A DNA stretch of 43,823 nt from a virus. The translations under genes were made by a program, and so were the position numbers. Below, in pieces: positions 8,083-16,648 of this stretch. Numbering within the stretch: position 1 is the stretch's first letter; the number at the start of each line of letters is the position of its first letter. The notes beneath the pieces are model-generated. The model saw only the letters and a program-made list of their open reading frames with translations, was not told the DNA's origin and did no database searches. Where the stretch lies: IMG/VR virus record IMGVR_UViG_3300045988_085211, positions 1 to 43,823 of that record; one strand, written 5' to 3'.

Positions 8083-11000
8083 TTAAAATTCAAATGCTGG
8101 ATTGCCGGTTGCCCGGAAGTATTCGTTTGCTTTCTGCTGTGTCACACGGAAGATTCCATTCGGATCTCCCTCTACTTTAAATGTAACATTAACATTGTTG
8201 CCTTTTGTACCAATTGCAGATCTTACCGCCCGGTATACACCATCCGATACGGATGCTACAATCTGGTTATTGTTCATTACCGCTGTATGTCCACCAAGTG
8301 TGCCTACAAGCTCCGGTCCTGCTTCTCTCGCAATAAAAAGCTGCCCTGCCGGTGCATTCTCTGTGCCGACTGCATACTGGGTAATGTTGTGCCACATTCC
8401 ACCAGTATAAACTCCGCCAGTGGCTTTCTTCGTGGCTTTCGTACCTACATTTACGGATTTTCCACCGAAGAACGATGTAACCGAAGACCACAGATTGCTC
8501 AACGAATTTTTCACAAATCCGATTCCAATACTAACAACCTTTTTTCTGTTCGCCCAAGTCTTACTAAACGAATCCCATAATTTAGATGGTGTCGATGAAT
8601 CAGCGATCTTTGCTTTAAAATCCGCAATTTTGTCTTTTACACCTTTCCACTTTTTATGGAATTTACTCCATAAGTCTCCAGCATCAGATGCGATCTTGGT
8701 TTTAAAATCTGCGACTTTATCTTTCACACCATTCCAGTTTTTCTTTAAACCACTCCATAGATCAGATGCCTTTGTGGCAATTTTTGACTTAAATTCAGCG
8801 GTTTTATCTTTCACGCCATCCCATTTTTTCTTCAATCCGCTCCACAGATCAGAGGCTTTGTCCTTAATCTTTGTCTTAAATTCAACATATGTATCTTTGA
8901 CTTTCCCCCATCCTTTTTTCATTCCCTCCCACATACTCTTCATTAAATCTTTGAACTTTAATGATTTCATTTTGGAGGTTATTCCATTCCATACACCTTC
9001 TAGGATATACTTACCCATAGGCTTCATTTCTTTTGATGGAGAATGAATACCAAATGCCTTTTTAAAGGCTTTTATGAACGGATCAAAAATATTAGTTTTA
9101 ATCCATGTTCCAACATTTGCGAGAGCATCTGTGATTCCTGTAAATATTCCTTTTACAACACCACCACCGCATTCGTCGATTTTATCCTGGAAATATTGTT
9201 TTGCATTACTAAAAGCATTTCCTATAAGTTCTCCAATCGCTTTTGCCAGATCAAGTGCAGACTTCAGCGCAGTTCCAAGGAACTCTCCTATATCACTGGC
9301 TAATCCTTTCCAATCAAATCCTTTGAAAAAATCAGCAATAGATGTTCCAATATACTTAAGGGTCTCTTTCCAATTAATTTCCTTTATTGCTCCTGTAAGG
9401 AATGTAAATAAGGCATGAAGCGCACCGCTTATGGATTTTCCTATGCTCTTCCATTTGATTGCCTTAAAAAATGCTCCTATGCCATCAATGATGCCTTTGC
9501 CTAAAGACTTCCAATCTGTATTGTAAAAAAGCTCACTTAAGATCTCGAACAGTCCTGATGTAAAAGTTCCAAGTGTATCGCCAAGTCCTTTCCAATCAAA
9601 TGTTGTGAAAATTCCTGTCAGCGATTCTCCTATTGATTTTCCAAGCTTTTTAAAATCAAATGTATGTACAAATGTCTGTGCGAAGACAATTGCAGTATTT
9701 AATCCCTCCGCAATCGTGCTTCCAACAAGTTCCCAGTTCGTACCATCCAGAAAGCCATTTAAAAATGTAGCAATTCCACTTGCGATATGTTTTGTCTGTT
9801 TCTTAATGCCATCCCACGGAATCCCCTCTAAGGCTTCTGTCAGTTTTTTGCCAAGCATTTCTCCTATTTCCGACCAATCATCTGTCTTCAAAATGTCCTT
9901 GATCTTCTTTGCAAGGCTTTCAATCTTAGGATCAATATTTTCTGTAGAAAACATATCCCCTACGTTTGTTCCTCCGCCTCCTGAACCACCTCCCGAATCA
10001 GAATTGGAAGAGATAACATTCAACTCGTTAAACGACTGTAACTGACCTTTCAACTTACTTGCAGATTTGGTTGCTTTGTCCAACCCCGAAGCATAATCCT
10101 TTGTCTGCTTTTTCGCTTTTATCCATGTACTCTTTCCAGTTAGGGCAGATATAAACTGGTTAACCTTGTTGATTGCGGATGTAAGCATATTAACCAAAGA
10201 TGTAAGTGCAGGACCTACGGCCGTGATAATCGGGGCGGCTAAAGAACCGAATGCATTTTTAAGTGTGGCTATTGCACTTGTGAGCTGCGACATCTTTGCA
10301 TTGACATCACCGGAATACTTCGCCATATTCTGCGCTCCGTCTTTAATGGCGGATATCATAGCATTCCATCCCTTGGAAATCCAATTAAAGACAAACATCG
10401 AAAGGGCAATTCCATTTAATCTGGAAGCAAATGTCCCAAGCATTCCGCTGCCTTTCTTGCCGTGTGTGATAAATTTCTTGAAGGCACTTCCTGCGGATTT
10501 CAAACGAGATGCCAGTCCAGATACCTTCTCGCCGGTAGATTTTGCCTTAGATTTAAAAGAATCTAACCAACCTCGAGTCTTTTTTTCACTTTTTTGAGCT
10601 TCATTACCAGCACGTGCTTCCTCTTTTGCTATATTTTCGGCACTACTTGCCGTCGCTTCACCTTTCGTAGCTAAGCGATCGGTACTTGATGCCGCAGCTT
10701 CCTCTTTTGCAGATAACTCTTCAATTTTCTGAGATGTAATGTCCATCTGTGCATTAATTTCAGAAAGCTGTTCTGCTTTTTTCTGATACTCTGGAGATGT
10801 TTTTATATCATCAACACTTTTATAAGCAGTTCCGGAATCCAAATAATCCTGTGCTTCACCTCTTGCATACTCTAGTGATTTTGTGAGCTGATCTAAATCA
10901 TATTGCATAGATTTAAATGCGCGACTATCTGTTTTTCCACCAATAGCTATGAATTTCTCCATCCGCTCATTAAGACCATCCATTTTTTTCGTTGTATCAT

Positions 11001-11193
11001 TTATAAATTTTTGCACTTCTGCAAATTCATCTGTCGGCATCTTAGAAGATTCCATTTTACGCATTTCATCGGTTAATACAGATGCTTTTTTTGCAAACTT
11101 TGATAATCGGTTTTCAAGGCGTAGCATCTGGCTAGAGACATCCTTGGTATCTATTTTGGTGTCAATCAAAATACTTCCATCAGCTTTTGGCAT
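8083..11193 (-). CDS. Tail tape measure protein
   Basis: 1036 aa, coiled-coil N-terminus, Gly-rich linker, internal DWKxLG and 29-aa repeats; canonical position. Confidence 0.9.
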   Translation of the reverse strand: MPKADGSILIDTKIDTKDVSSQMLRLENRLSKFAKKASVLTDEMRKMESSKMPTDEFAEVQKFINDTTKKMDGLNERMEKFIAIGGKTDSRAFKSMQYDLDQLTKSLEYARGEAQDYLDSGTAYKSVDDIKTSPEYQKKAEQLSEINAQMDITSQKIEELSAKEEAAASSTDRLATKGEATASSAENIAKEEARAGNEAQKSEKKTRGWLDSFKSKAKSTGEKVSGLASRLKSAGSAFKKFITHGKKGSGMLGTFASRLNGIALSMFVFNWISKGWNAMISAIKDGAQNMAKYSGDVNAKMSQLTSAIATLKNAFGSLAAPIITAVGPALTSLVNMLTSAINKVNQFISALTGKSTWIKAKKQTKDYASGLDKATKSASKLKGQLQSFNELNVISSNSDSGGGSGGGGTNVGDMFSTENIDPKIESLAKKIKDILKTDDWSEIGEMLGKKLTEALEGIPWDGIKKQTKHIASGIATFLNGFLDGTNWELVGSTIAEGLNTAIVFAQTFVHTFDFKKLGKSIGESLTGIFTTFDWKGLGDTLGTFTSGLFEILSELFYNTDWKSLGKGIIDGIGAFFKAIKWKSIGKSISGALHALFTFLTGAIKEINWKETLKYIGTSIADFFKGFDWKGLASDIGEFLGTALKSALDLAKAIGELIGNAFSNAKQYFQDKIDECGGGVVKGIFTGITDALANVGTWIKTNIFDPFIKAFKKAFGIHSPSKEMKPMGKYILEGVWNGITSKMKSLKFKDLMKSMWEGMKKGWGKVKDTYVEFKTKIKDKASDLWSGLKKKWDGVKDKTAEFKSKIATKASDLWSGLKKNWNGVKDKVADFKTKIASDAGDLWSKFHKKWKGVKDKIADFKAKIADSSTPSKLWDSFSKTWANRKKVVSIGIGFVKNSLSNLWSSVTSFFGGKSVNVGTKATKKATGGVYTGGMWHNITQYAVGTENAPAGQLFIAREAGPELVGTLGGHTAVMNNNQIVASVSDGVYRAVRSAIGTKGNNVNVTFKVEGDPNGIFRVTQQKANEYFRATGNPAFEF
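8599..8955 (-). repeat. Four in-frame tandem repeats of about 29 aa inside the tape measure gene
   Basis: DLWSGLKKKWDGVKDKTAEFKSKIATKAS-like units repeated four times. Confidence 0.8.
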
Positions 11194-11203
11194 ATCTGCT
11201 CAC

Positions 11204-11824
11204 CTACTTCCTGCCGCGTATTTCAGCCATCATGCGGTCATAATCATCAATGGCGGTTTTCTCTTCCTCTGTGTACTCTTTCTTCTCTTCTGGCTGATCC
11301 AGTGCATAGATCTGCTGTGCTTTGCGCAATGCCTTGCGATATTCAGCCGATGTATTGTTGTCCGGCTTCTCCTGTCGTTTCGATACCACCTGTAAAAAGC
11401 TTGATAGCTTGTACGGCATATTCCAAAGCAGACCGCAGAACATCCACCAGTGCATATAATCCACAGCAGCCAAATCAATTCCGTAGATTTGCCGGAAATC
11501 AGCATAAATGCGCCATTGGTCAACATCATAGTCAACCACGCGTGTTTTATCTCCATCCGGATTCGGATTATCGTGGAACCATCCAGAAAGAAACCATTCT
11601 ACACATTCACCAAGCTCCTGCCCCTGCGGATGATCCCGAAGATACTCTTCCCCATTCTCATCCCCCTCGGCAAACATGAGCCACACGAACATATCGCTTT
11701 TCTCATAATCCGTCAGTCCACGATCATATTTCGCCTGCAGCATCTGGATGCCAATTGTAAAGTCCGTATTCACTTTGTATCCGTGCCACTCTTCCGGCAG
11801 CTCATCGATCAGTACATTATTCAT
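11204..11824 (-). CDS. Phage Gp15-family protein (tail assembly chaperone position)
   Basis: N-terminus LIDELPEEWHGYKVNTDFTIGIQM resembles the Phage_Gp15 family; lies just upstream of TMP. Confidence 0.65.
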   Translation of the reverse strand: MNNVLIDELPEEWHGYKVNTDFTIGIQMLQAKYDRGLTDYEKSDMFVWLMFAEGDENGEEYLRDHPQGQELGECVEWFLSGWFHDNPNPDGDKTRVVDYDVDQWRIYADFRQIYGIDLAAVDYMHWWMFCGLLWNMPYKLSSFLQVVSKRQEKPDNNTSAEYRKALRKAQQIYALDQPEEKKEYTEEEKTAIDDYDRMMAEIRGRK

Positions 11825-12404
11825 TCTTTACATCCTTGTACTCCTGGATCAGCTGATTCTTATTCTTGTTATGCTTATTGCGATTATGCCTGCGTGCCGC
11901 ACGATTTGGAGAATACTTCTTGCGGATTGCTTCATTTCTTGTCTGGAAGAGATCACTCATCACCGGCATTACCGCATTCACAAAATCAATAAGGGCATCT
12001 TCATCCGGAACAAAGTCCTCGTGCATCTCATAGCTCTGACGGAACACGTTACGGATCGTGTCTTTGCCAAACAGAGTATCAATCTCGCGGATCATTCCCT
12101 CTATGATGCCGATACGCATCTTGGAGGCATCTACGATGATATCCATTCGCACATTATCGGGAAGCTTGTCAAACTCCTCTCCCTCATATTCCTTGTATTT
12201 TTCTCTATAAGAATTAACATCATCCTCACCGAGGTTTACCACCTCTTCAAGATTGTGCACGAGCTCAACAAAACGCGTTGCCGTAGCAGCATCCGCGGTA
12301 TTGATACGAAGCACTGTGATCAATTCTCCTTCGAGGTTATTGACCTCGATCGTCTTAATTCCATCATCAAAAGTAATTGTTCTAATATCTGCCATCATTA
12401 CCAT
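11817..12404 (-). CDS. Tail assembly chaperone-like acidic protein
   Basis: 195 aa between the major tail protein and Gp15; ATGAATAA overlap with the next gene. Confidence 0.5.
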   Translation of the reverse strand: MVMMADIRTITFDDGIKTIEVNNLEGELITVLRINTADAATATRFVELVHNLEEVVNLGEDDVNSYREKYKEYEGEEFDKLPDNVRMDIIVDASKMRIGIIEGMIREIDTLFGKDTIRNVFRQSYEMHEDFVPDEDALIDFVNAVMPVMSDLFQTRNEAIRKKYSPNRAARRHNRNKHNKNKNQLIQEYKDVKNE

Positions 12405-12444
12405 CCTCTCTTAATCCGGGGCGCGAAAGAGAGGTACGCGTCCC
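12405..12444 (-). promoter_or_regulatory. Hairpin/pseudoknot candidate that engages the SD of the chaperone gene
   Basis: Stem GGGACGCG/CGCGCCCC; its loop CCUCUCUU is complementary to the downstream SD AAGAGAGG. Confidence 0.35.
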
Positions 12445-12471
12445 GAATATGCTAATTGTTTTGATTAACAC

Positions 12472-12987
12472 CTATTCCTTTGATCCTGCACTCGCAGCAT
12501 CTTCCTTTTTCTTCCAGGTAAATGTGCCTCCAGCACCGATTGTGATTGTTCCCTGTTCCACTTCTCCATTACCATTAATCTGAATAGATGATGTAAGGGT
12601 ATCTCCACCTGATCCACCGGTACTTGATGGGCAAACTGTAACCGGAAGGCGAATGCAATCACCTGTGCCGGATTTAATGTCAGTCTTGTAAAATCTGTAA
12701 TAATGTGTATTACATTTATCCCCCGTCGGGAATGTCTTGAACATCGTGTCAATTGCGGTCTGCATATCATCAGACAGATATTCGCGGGATGGTGTCATAG
12801 AAAACGCATATCCCTTTACTGTATTGGACGCATTCTTCATGTTTACGTACTGCTTAGATTCGGTGTTTGGTCCCCAGTCCTCTGTCAGTTCCGTATAGCC
12901 ATCGCCCATCTCGGCAAGTTTCTCTGTAGAGCCAGTAAGTGCTCCGATGTCCAATAAGGACACCATGTTGGTACGATCTAATGCCAT
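12472..12987 (-). CDS. Major tail protein
   Basis: 171 aa, N-terminus MALDRTNMVSLLDIG..YTELTEDWGPN is typical of siphovirus major tail proteins; position. Confidence 0.8.
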   Translation of the reverse strand: MALDRTNMVSLLDIGALTGSTEKLAEMGDGYTELTEDWGPNTESKQYVNMKNASNTVKGYAFSMTPSREYLSDDMQTAIDTMFKTFPTGDKCNTHYYRFYKTDIKSGTGDCIRLPVTVCPSSTGGSGGDTLTSSIQINGNGEVEQGTITIGAGGTFTWKKKEDAASAGSKE

Positions 12988-13002
12988 GTGTATTTCCTCC
13001 TG

Positions 13003-13458
13003 TTATTTTTTGTAAAAATATATAAGTTGCATATTTACGCCGTAACCCATCTGTTTTTCATCCTGCATAATTGGCAGGACTACAGATGTACGTGCGATTT
13101 CCTGTAATGTCATGTGTGGATCAGCAAATTCAATGCCGGTATCTTCCAGCCATTTGCTCAAATTCTCCAGAACCATCTGTGCATCTATGGATGATTTGTT
13201 GTTTGTCGGAGAACTGCGGTATACAATTTGGAATGGCATCTGTGCTGTATAGCTGCCACTCACATATTTCTTTATGTATCTCGCACCAGATAATGGGAAA
13301 ATCCCGATGGAAGTATCCGCATTAATGCCGTTCCACTTCACATTTCTGTTGCTGGCTTTAAAGTTCTTCGGAAAATCCGGATACTTCAAAATCAGGTCCA
13401 GCACTGCATTTTGTGCGCTTTCCGCGTCTTTTATAGTAAGTTTCTCTACCTCTTCCAA
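13003..13458 (-). CDS. Tail completion/terminator protein (position-based)
   Basis: 151-aa ORF directly upstream of the major tail protein gene. Confidence 0.45.
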   Translation of the reverse strand: MEEVEKLTIKDAESAQNAVLDLILKYPDFPKNFKASNRNVKWNGINADTSIGIFPLSGARYIKKYVSGSYTAQMPFQIVYRSSPTNNKSSIDAQMVLENLSKWLEDTGIEFADPHMTLQEIARTSVVLPIMQDEKQMGYGVNMQLIYFYKK

Positions 13459-13902
13459 TTACACACCTCCAACCTCAAAATGTGGCATGATGTCCCCATA
13501 CCGGTCTACCGTCGTTACTTTGTATACAGAATTCAGATTGTCATGTGCCCATCCATAGGCTTCTGATTCTGGAATCTCCAAGTCGGTATGATCGCCTTTG
13601 ATGAAAAAATCATCTGTCGGGTGGAACGTGATATAGTTTGGCTTTTCATCGTCCGGAAGAGCATCCCACGCTTTTGGCTCCATGTATGGCTTAGGTATCT
13701 TCCCCAGGTCAACAAAAAGCTTTACTGCATCCGCGCTATCCATGCCGCTTTTGGTTACATTTGCGCCCTTGGTTTCCACAAGGTTCACGCGTTCCAACAA
13801 AGTCGGATAATACTTCTCTTCCTCGGTATCTGGATCACAGAAGTAGTTAAACAGCGTCACAGTGTCGTTGTAAAACAATCCAAGTCCCATCAGCGTCCAC
13901 AC
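13459..13902 (-). CDS. Head-tail joining (head closure) protein (position-based)
   Basis: 147-aa ORF in the connector block, abutting its neighbours. Confidence 0.45.
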   Translation of the reverse strand: MWTLMGLGLFYNDTVTLFNYFCDPDTEEEKYYPTLLERVNLVETKGANVTKSGMDSADAVKLFVDLGKIPKPYMEPKAWDALPDDEKPNYITFHPTDDFFIKGDHTDLEIPESEAYGWAHDNLNSVYKVTTVDRYGDIMPHFEVGGV

Positions 13903-14024
13903 TCCTTACCGCATTTTGTGCACTTCCAGATGTGTTTCCGGACATAATGGTTGCCGTGGGTGCGAACATCCATGTACATATACGGCATCATTCTGTGCTT
14001 GCAAAATAATCTCTTTAAAAACAT
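13890..14024 (-). CDS. 44-aa Cys-rich small protein (possible zinc ribbon)
   Basis: TGATG stop/start overlap with the upstream gene; sequence MFLKRLFCKH..WKCTKCGKECGR. Confidence 0.35.
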   Translation of the reverse strand: MFLKRLFCKHRMMPYMYMDVRTHGNHYVRKHIWKCTKCGKECGR

Positions 14025-14431
14025 CACATCACCCCCGCATAAAGTAATCCGGTGCCGGGCAAGTATTCGCATACCGTGTCGTAACACAACCGGTTCTGTG
14101 CCACCTTGTCATTCAGCACCTTATCCACCAAAGTTTCATTTGTCCCAAAGCTGATTGACTGACCGCCCGAAGACATTGACTTTACGTTGCCCTCTTGTGG
14201 ATCATTCGCATGATTGGTTTTGAAGTCGATCTTATAGAGCAGATCTGCCAGTGCACAGGTGGCTTTCTGGATACGCTCATCAAACTCTGCTCGGGTATCA
14301 TCATTGATATTTCCATAGGTCAACTGATCCAGCTTCATTGATGCTCGGTCTTCCCACTTGGGGAAAAGGGATTCCTCGATAGAATCCCCATAATATTTTT
14401 CTTTGTAGAAGTCATATGTGGTATATCCCAT
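14024..14431 (-). CDS. Head-tail connector/adaptor protein (gp6-like)
   Basis: 135 aa immediately after the capsid gene; N-terminus YTTYDFYKEKYYGDSI is typical of connector adaptors. Confidence 0.6.
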   Translation of the reverse strand: MGYTTYDFYKEKYYGDSIEESLFPKWEDRASMKLDQLTYGNINDDTRAEFDERIQKATCALADLLYKIDFKTNHANDPQEGNVKSMSSGGQSISFGTNETLVDKVLNDKVAQNRLCYDTVCEYLPGTGLLYAGVM

Positions 14432-14448
14432 CAGAAATCCCCTTTCTG

Positions 14449-15615
14449 CTATCCTCTGGTAATGATTCGCATGATATTGATTGCCTTGATTGGGTAATAC
14501 TTTGCACTGCCAGATTCATTGTTCTGTGCGATCTCCCAATTGGATCCATCTTCAAGCTGCTCTGCTGTTGGAGATACAATGGTTGGAGTTTTCCAAGAAA
14601 TACCGTATGGGCAGAATACTTTTCTCTGTCTTGTGTACAGAGTTGTCTCGCCGCCGTTCTTTGCAGGATTGCGGTTCATCTCGGACGGAACCTTCACGCC
14701 GCAGTTTGTATACTCGATTGCACCATTTCCAAGAACGTAAGTTGTATACTCCGTGTATGCATCAGCTGTTTTCTCGTAGTATCCAGTTGTCGCAGGATTG
14801 TCACTTGGAGAACCAACAGGCTTGTACTCTTTCGTAGACTGCTCATAGTAAGTCTTACCTGCCTGTACTGTCTGGTCTGTGGTCTTCGTGTACACAGCAT
14901 CAACCTGTCTTGTTGGCATGGTATCGTCAACAAGCACGATTCTGCCATTTAAGGTTGCCAGCGGAAGGTTTCTTTCGATTCCGTTGCTGTCCGTATACTT
15001 CATGTACTCCAAGAGATTAAGATTCTCCAGACCAGTAGCTATGTGGGAATGCATAACAGTAAGTGCAAAGTTTGCTTTCTTGTCACCAAGTGCCACCTGC
15101 ATACCAGTGTTTAATGTTGTAGCACCAAAAGTACCATCTTCTTTTGCAGAAATATCATAGGTGTGCTTTGTTACGAAGTTCTTACCTTCTCCGGTACTCA
15201 TAGAGAACACGCCTTTGAGGGTGCTAAGAAGTGTATCCTGATCCACATCATCCCAGAACTCTGCGACTTCTCCTGCTGCTGCAGAATAGTCATCTCCGGA
15301 GATATCAGATGTAAAGTCCTTCTCCACCCATGCCTGAGCACGTCCAACAACGATACGTCCCATAGCATAATTTCCACGCTCGTCTGCTGTAATGTCTGTC
15401 TTGCCGTCGTAATTTACGCCCTTTCCAGACAAACGTGCTTTGATAAGTGTGGTGATAAAGTTGCCACCTTTCTGATCCGGCAGCATAGAGACATACTCGC
15501 TATGCTCCACAATTGCGCCACAGTGGAGCAATTCATTCATGCGAAGGTTCGGTGTCTCACGCAATACAGCGTCGAATACTTCGCCATTAAAATTTACTAT
15601 GTCAAATAATGCCAT
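14449..15615 (-). CDS. Major capsid protein
   Basis: 388 aa following the scaffold gene; size and order. Confidence 0.8.
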   Translation of the reverse strand: MALFDIVNFNGEVFDAVLRETPNLRMNELLHCGAIVEHSEYVSMLPDQKGGNFITTLIKARLSGKGVNYDGKTDITADERGNYAMGRIVVGRAQAWVEKDFTSDISGDDYSAAAGEVAEFWDDVDQDTLLSTLKGVFSMSTGEGKNFVTKHTYDISAKEDGTFGATTLNTGMQVALGDKKANFALTVMHSHIATGLENLNLLEYMKYTDSNGIERNLPLATLNGRIVLVDDTMPTRQVDAVYTKTTDQTVQAGKTYYEQSTKEYKPVGSPSDNPATTGYYEKTADAYTEYTTYVLGNGAIEYTNCGVKVPSEMNRNPAKNGGETTLYTRQRKVFCPYGISWKTPTIVSPTAEQLEDGSNWEIAQNNESGSAKYYPIKAINIMRIITRG

Positions 15616-15618
15616 TTA

Positions 15619-16266
15619 TTATTTCTCCTTTCCTCGTCTCAGATATGGCGTAATGTCCATATCCGGGTTCTGATTTTTCAGTTTCATAAGCTCGGCCATA
15701 GACAGTTTTGCTCCGTCCGGCTGGCCAATGTTGTTCCCGACAATCTGGCTACGGTTCTGCTGTGCCTGGAATGTTTTATCGTCAATGAGGATATCCGGCT
15801 TGTAATTGCCCTTCTCATCCTTGACAATTGCATCAAACAGATCAGAAACGCTCTTACCTCTCGCTTCATCCGAATTAAGGGTTTCAACGAGCTGCTTCTT
15901 GATTGCATCCGCTGTAATAGCATTAACAAAATGCTTGTCGGCAAAGAAATCTGTCACAAGGCTGTCAAGTCTTGCAATCTCGTCCCTTTCCTTGCGCTCC
16001 TTACGCTCATTCTCGAGTGTTGCAGTCAAGTCCGCGATCTTCTGATTCAGCGCATCAGCATCCGGAGCAGCATCTTTCAAAGTCTGCAGTTCCTTTTCAA
16101 GATTCTCCTGTTTGGTTTCAAGCTCTTTTTTTTCATTTTCCAAGGTGGTAATCTTGTCATTTTTCTTCTGTACTTCCAGATCTGATACAAATTCCCCCGG
16201 AAAAGCCTTTTCAATCTCTGGTGTAATCTCAACACCAAGAGCTTTCAGTTTGTCGATAATATTCAT
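15619..16266 (-). CDS. Scaffolding protein (GP20-like coiled coil)
   Basis: 215 aa, highly charged heptad-rich sequence; precedes the capsid gene. Confidence 0.75.
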   Translation of the reverse strand: MNIIDKLKALGVEITPEIEKAFPGEFVSDLEVQKKNDKITTLENEKKELETKQENLEKELQTLKDAAPDADALNQKIADLTATLENERKERKERDEIARLDSLVTDFFADKHFVNAITADAIKKQLVETLNSDEARGKSVSDLFDAIVKDEKGNYKPDILIDDKTFQAQQNRSQIVGNNIGQPDGAKLSMAELMKLKNQNPDMDITPYLRRGKEK

Positions 16267-16345
16267 TTACAAGTTCCTCTCTTTCTTAAAAGTTGTTAAT
16301 CCGGTCAGCCCGGCACGAATGAGTTGCTATTTGATCCATAGCTGG

Positions 16346-16387
16346 CAAAACACAAATAAAAAGGCACGCCCAACAATAGGACGCGCC
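16346..16387 (-). terminator. Intrinsic terminator inside the scaffold-operon leader (T2)
   Basis: 9-bp stem GGCGCGUCC/GGGCGUGCC (2 GU pairs) followed by UUUUUAUUUGUGUUUU on the - strand. Confidence 0.6.
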
Positions 16388-16467
16388 ACATGGTTCATCC
16401 TATAACTTTTGTAGGTCAGCGAACGGATTCCTACGTTCCGTCCGGTGCTTATTCATTTGTTATATTA

Positions 16468-16507
16468 ATTTTATCATGGGATTATAAAAGATTTGTACCA
16501 ATTTTAG
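16468..16507 (-). promoter_or_regulatory. Conserved CTAAAATTGGTACAAAT element plus -10-like TAAAAT (copy b)
   Basis: 22 nt between TTGGTA and TAAAAT (16473-16468); lies just downstream of terminator T1. Confidence 0.55.
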
Positions 16508-16510
16508 ACA

Positions 16511-16540
16511 CGCAAAAAGCGCCTATATTTCAAGGCGCTT
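16511..16540 (-). terminator. Intrinsic terminator after the MuF-like gene (T1)
   Basis: Perfect 7-bp stem AAGCGCC/GGCGCTT followed by a T-run on the - strand. Confidence 0.65.
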
Positions 16541-16605
16541 CCCCTGAGTAATGAAAGTAATTGGGAGAACTATAAGATAGCAATTGGAATAAATCCGCTT
16601 GCAAT

Positions 16606-16648
16606 ATTATAATACACTAATCCATTTAATTATTTGTACCATTTTCAA
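16606..16648 (-). promoter_or_regulatory. Variant element AAAATGGTACAAAT plus TATTAT/TATAAT (weak extra copy)
   Basis: One mismatch to the core; 22 nt to TATTAT; overlaps the 3' end of the 16626-17885 CDS. Confidence 0.3.

Noticed and set aside
8599-8955. CRISPR-like or mobile repeat array
   Set aside because: The periodic DNA here is an in-frame protein repeat within the tape measure gene. No spacer/repeat architecture or cas genes occur anywhere in the window.
8420-9046. Long + strand ORFs inside the tape measure and other - strand structural genes (also 5607-6287, 11748-12455, 26443-27090, 19..20 kb)
   Set aside because: These are classic antisense shadow ORFs of long - strand genes. They have no RBS and low-complexity composition, and they would break the uniform operon orientation.
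11817-12404. Programmed -1 frameshift between the two chaperone-position genes (G/GT type)
   Set aside because: The downstream Gp15-like gene has its own ATG with an AAGGA SD in an ATGAATAA overlap. I saw no slippery heptamer at the junction.
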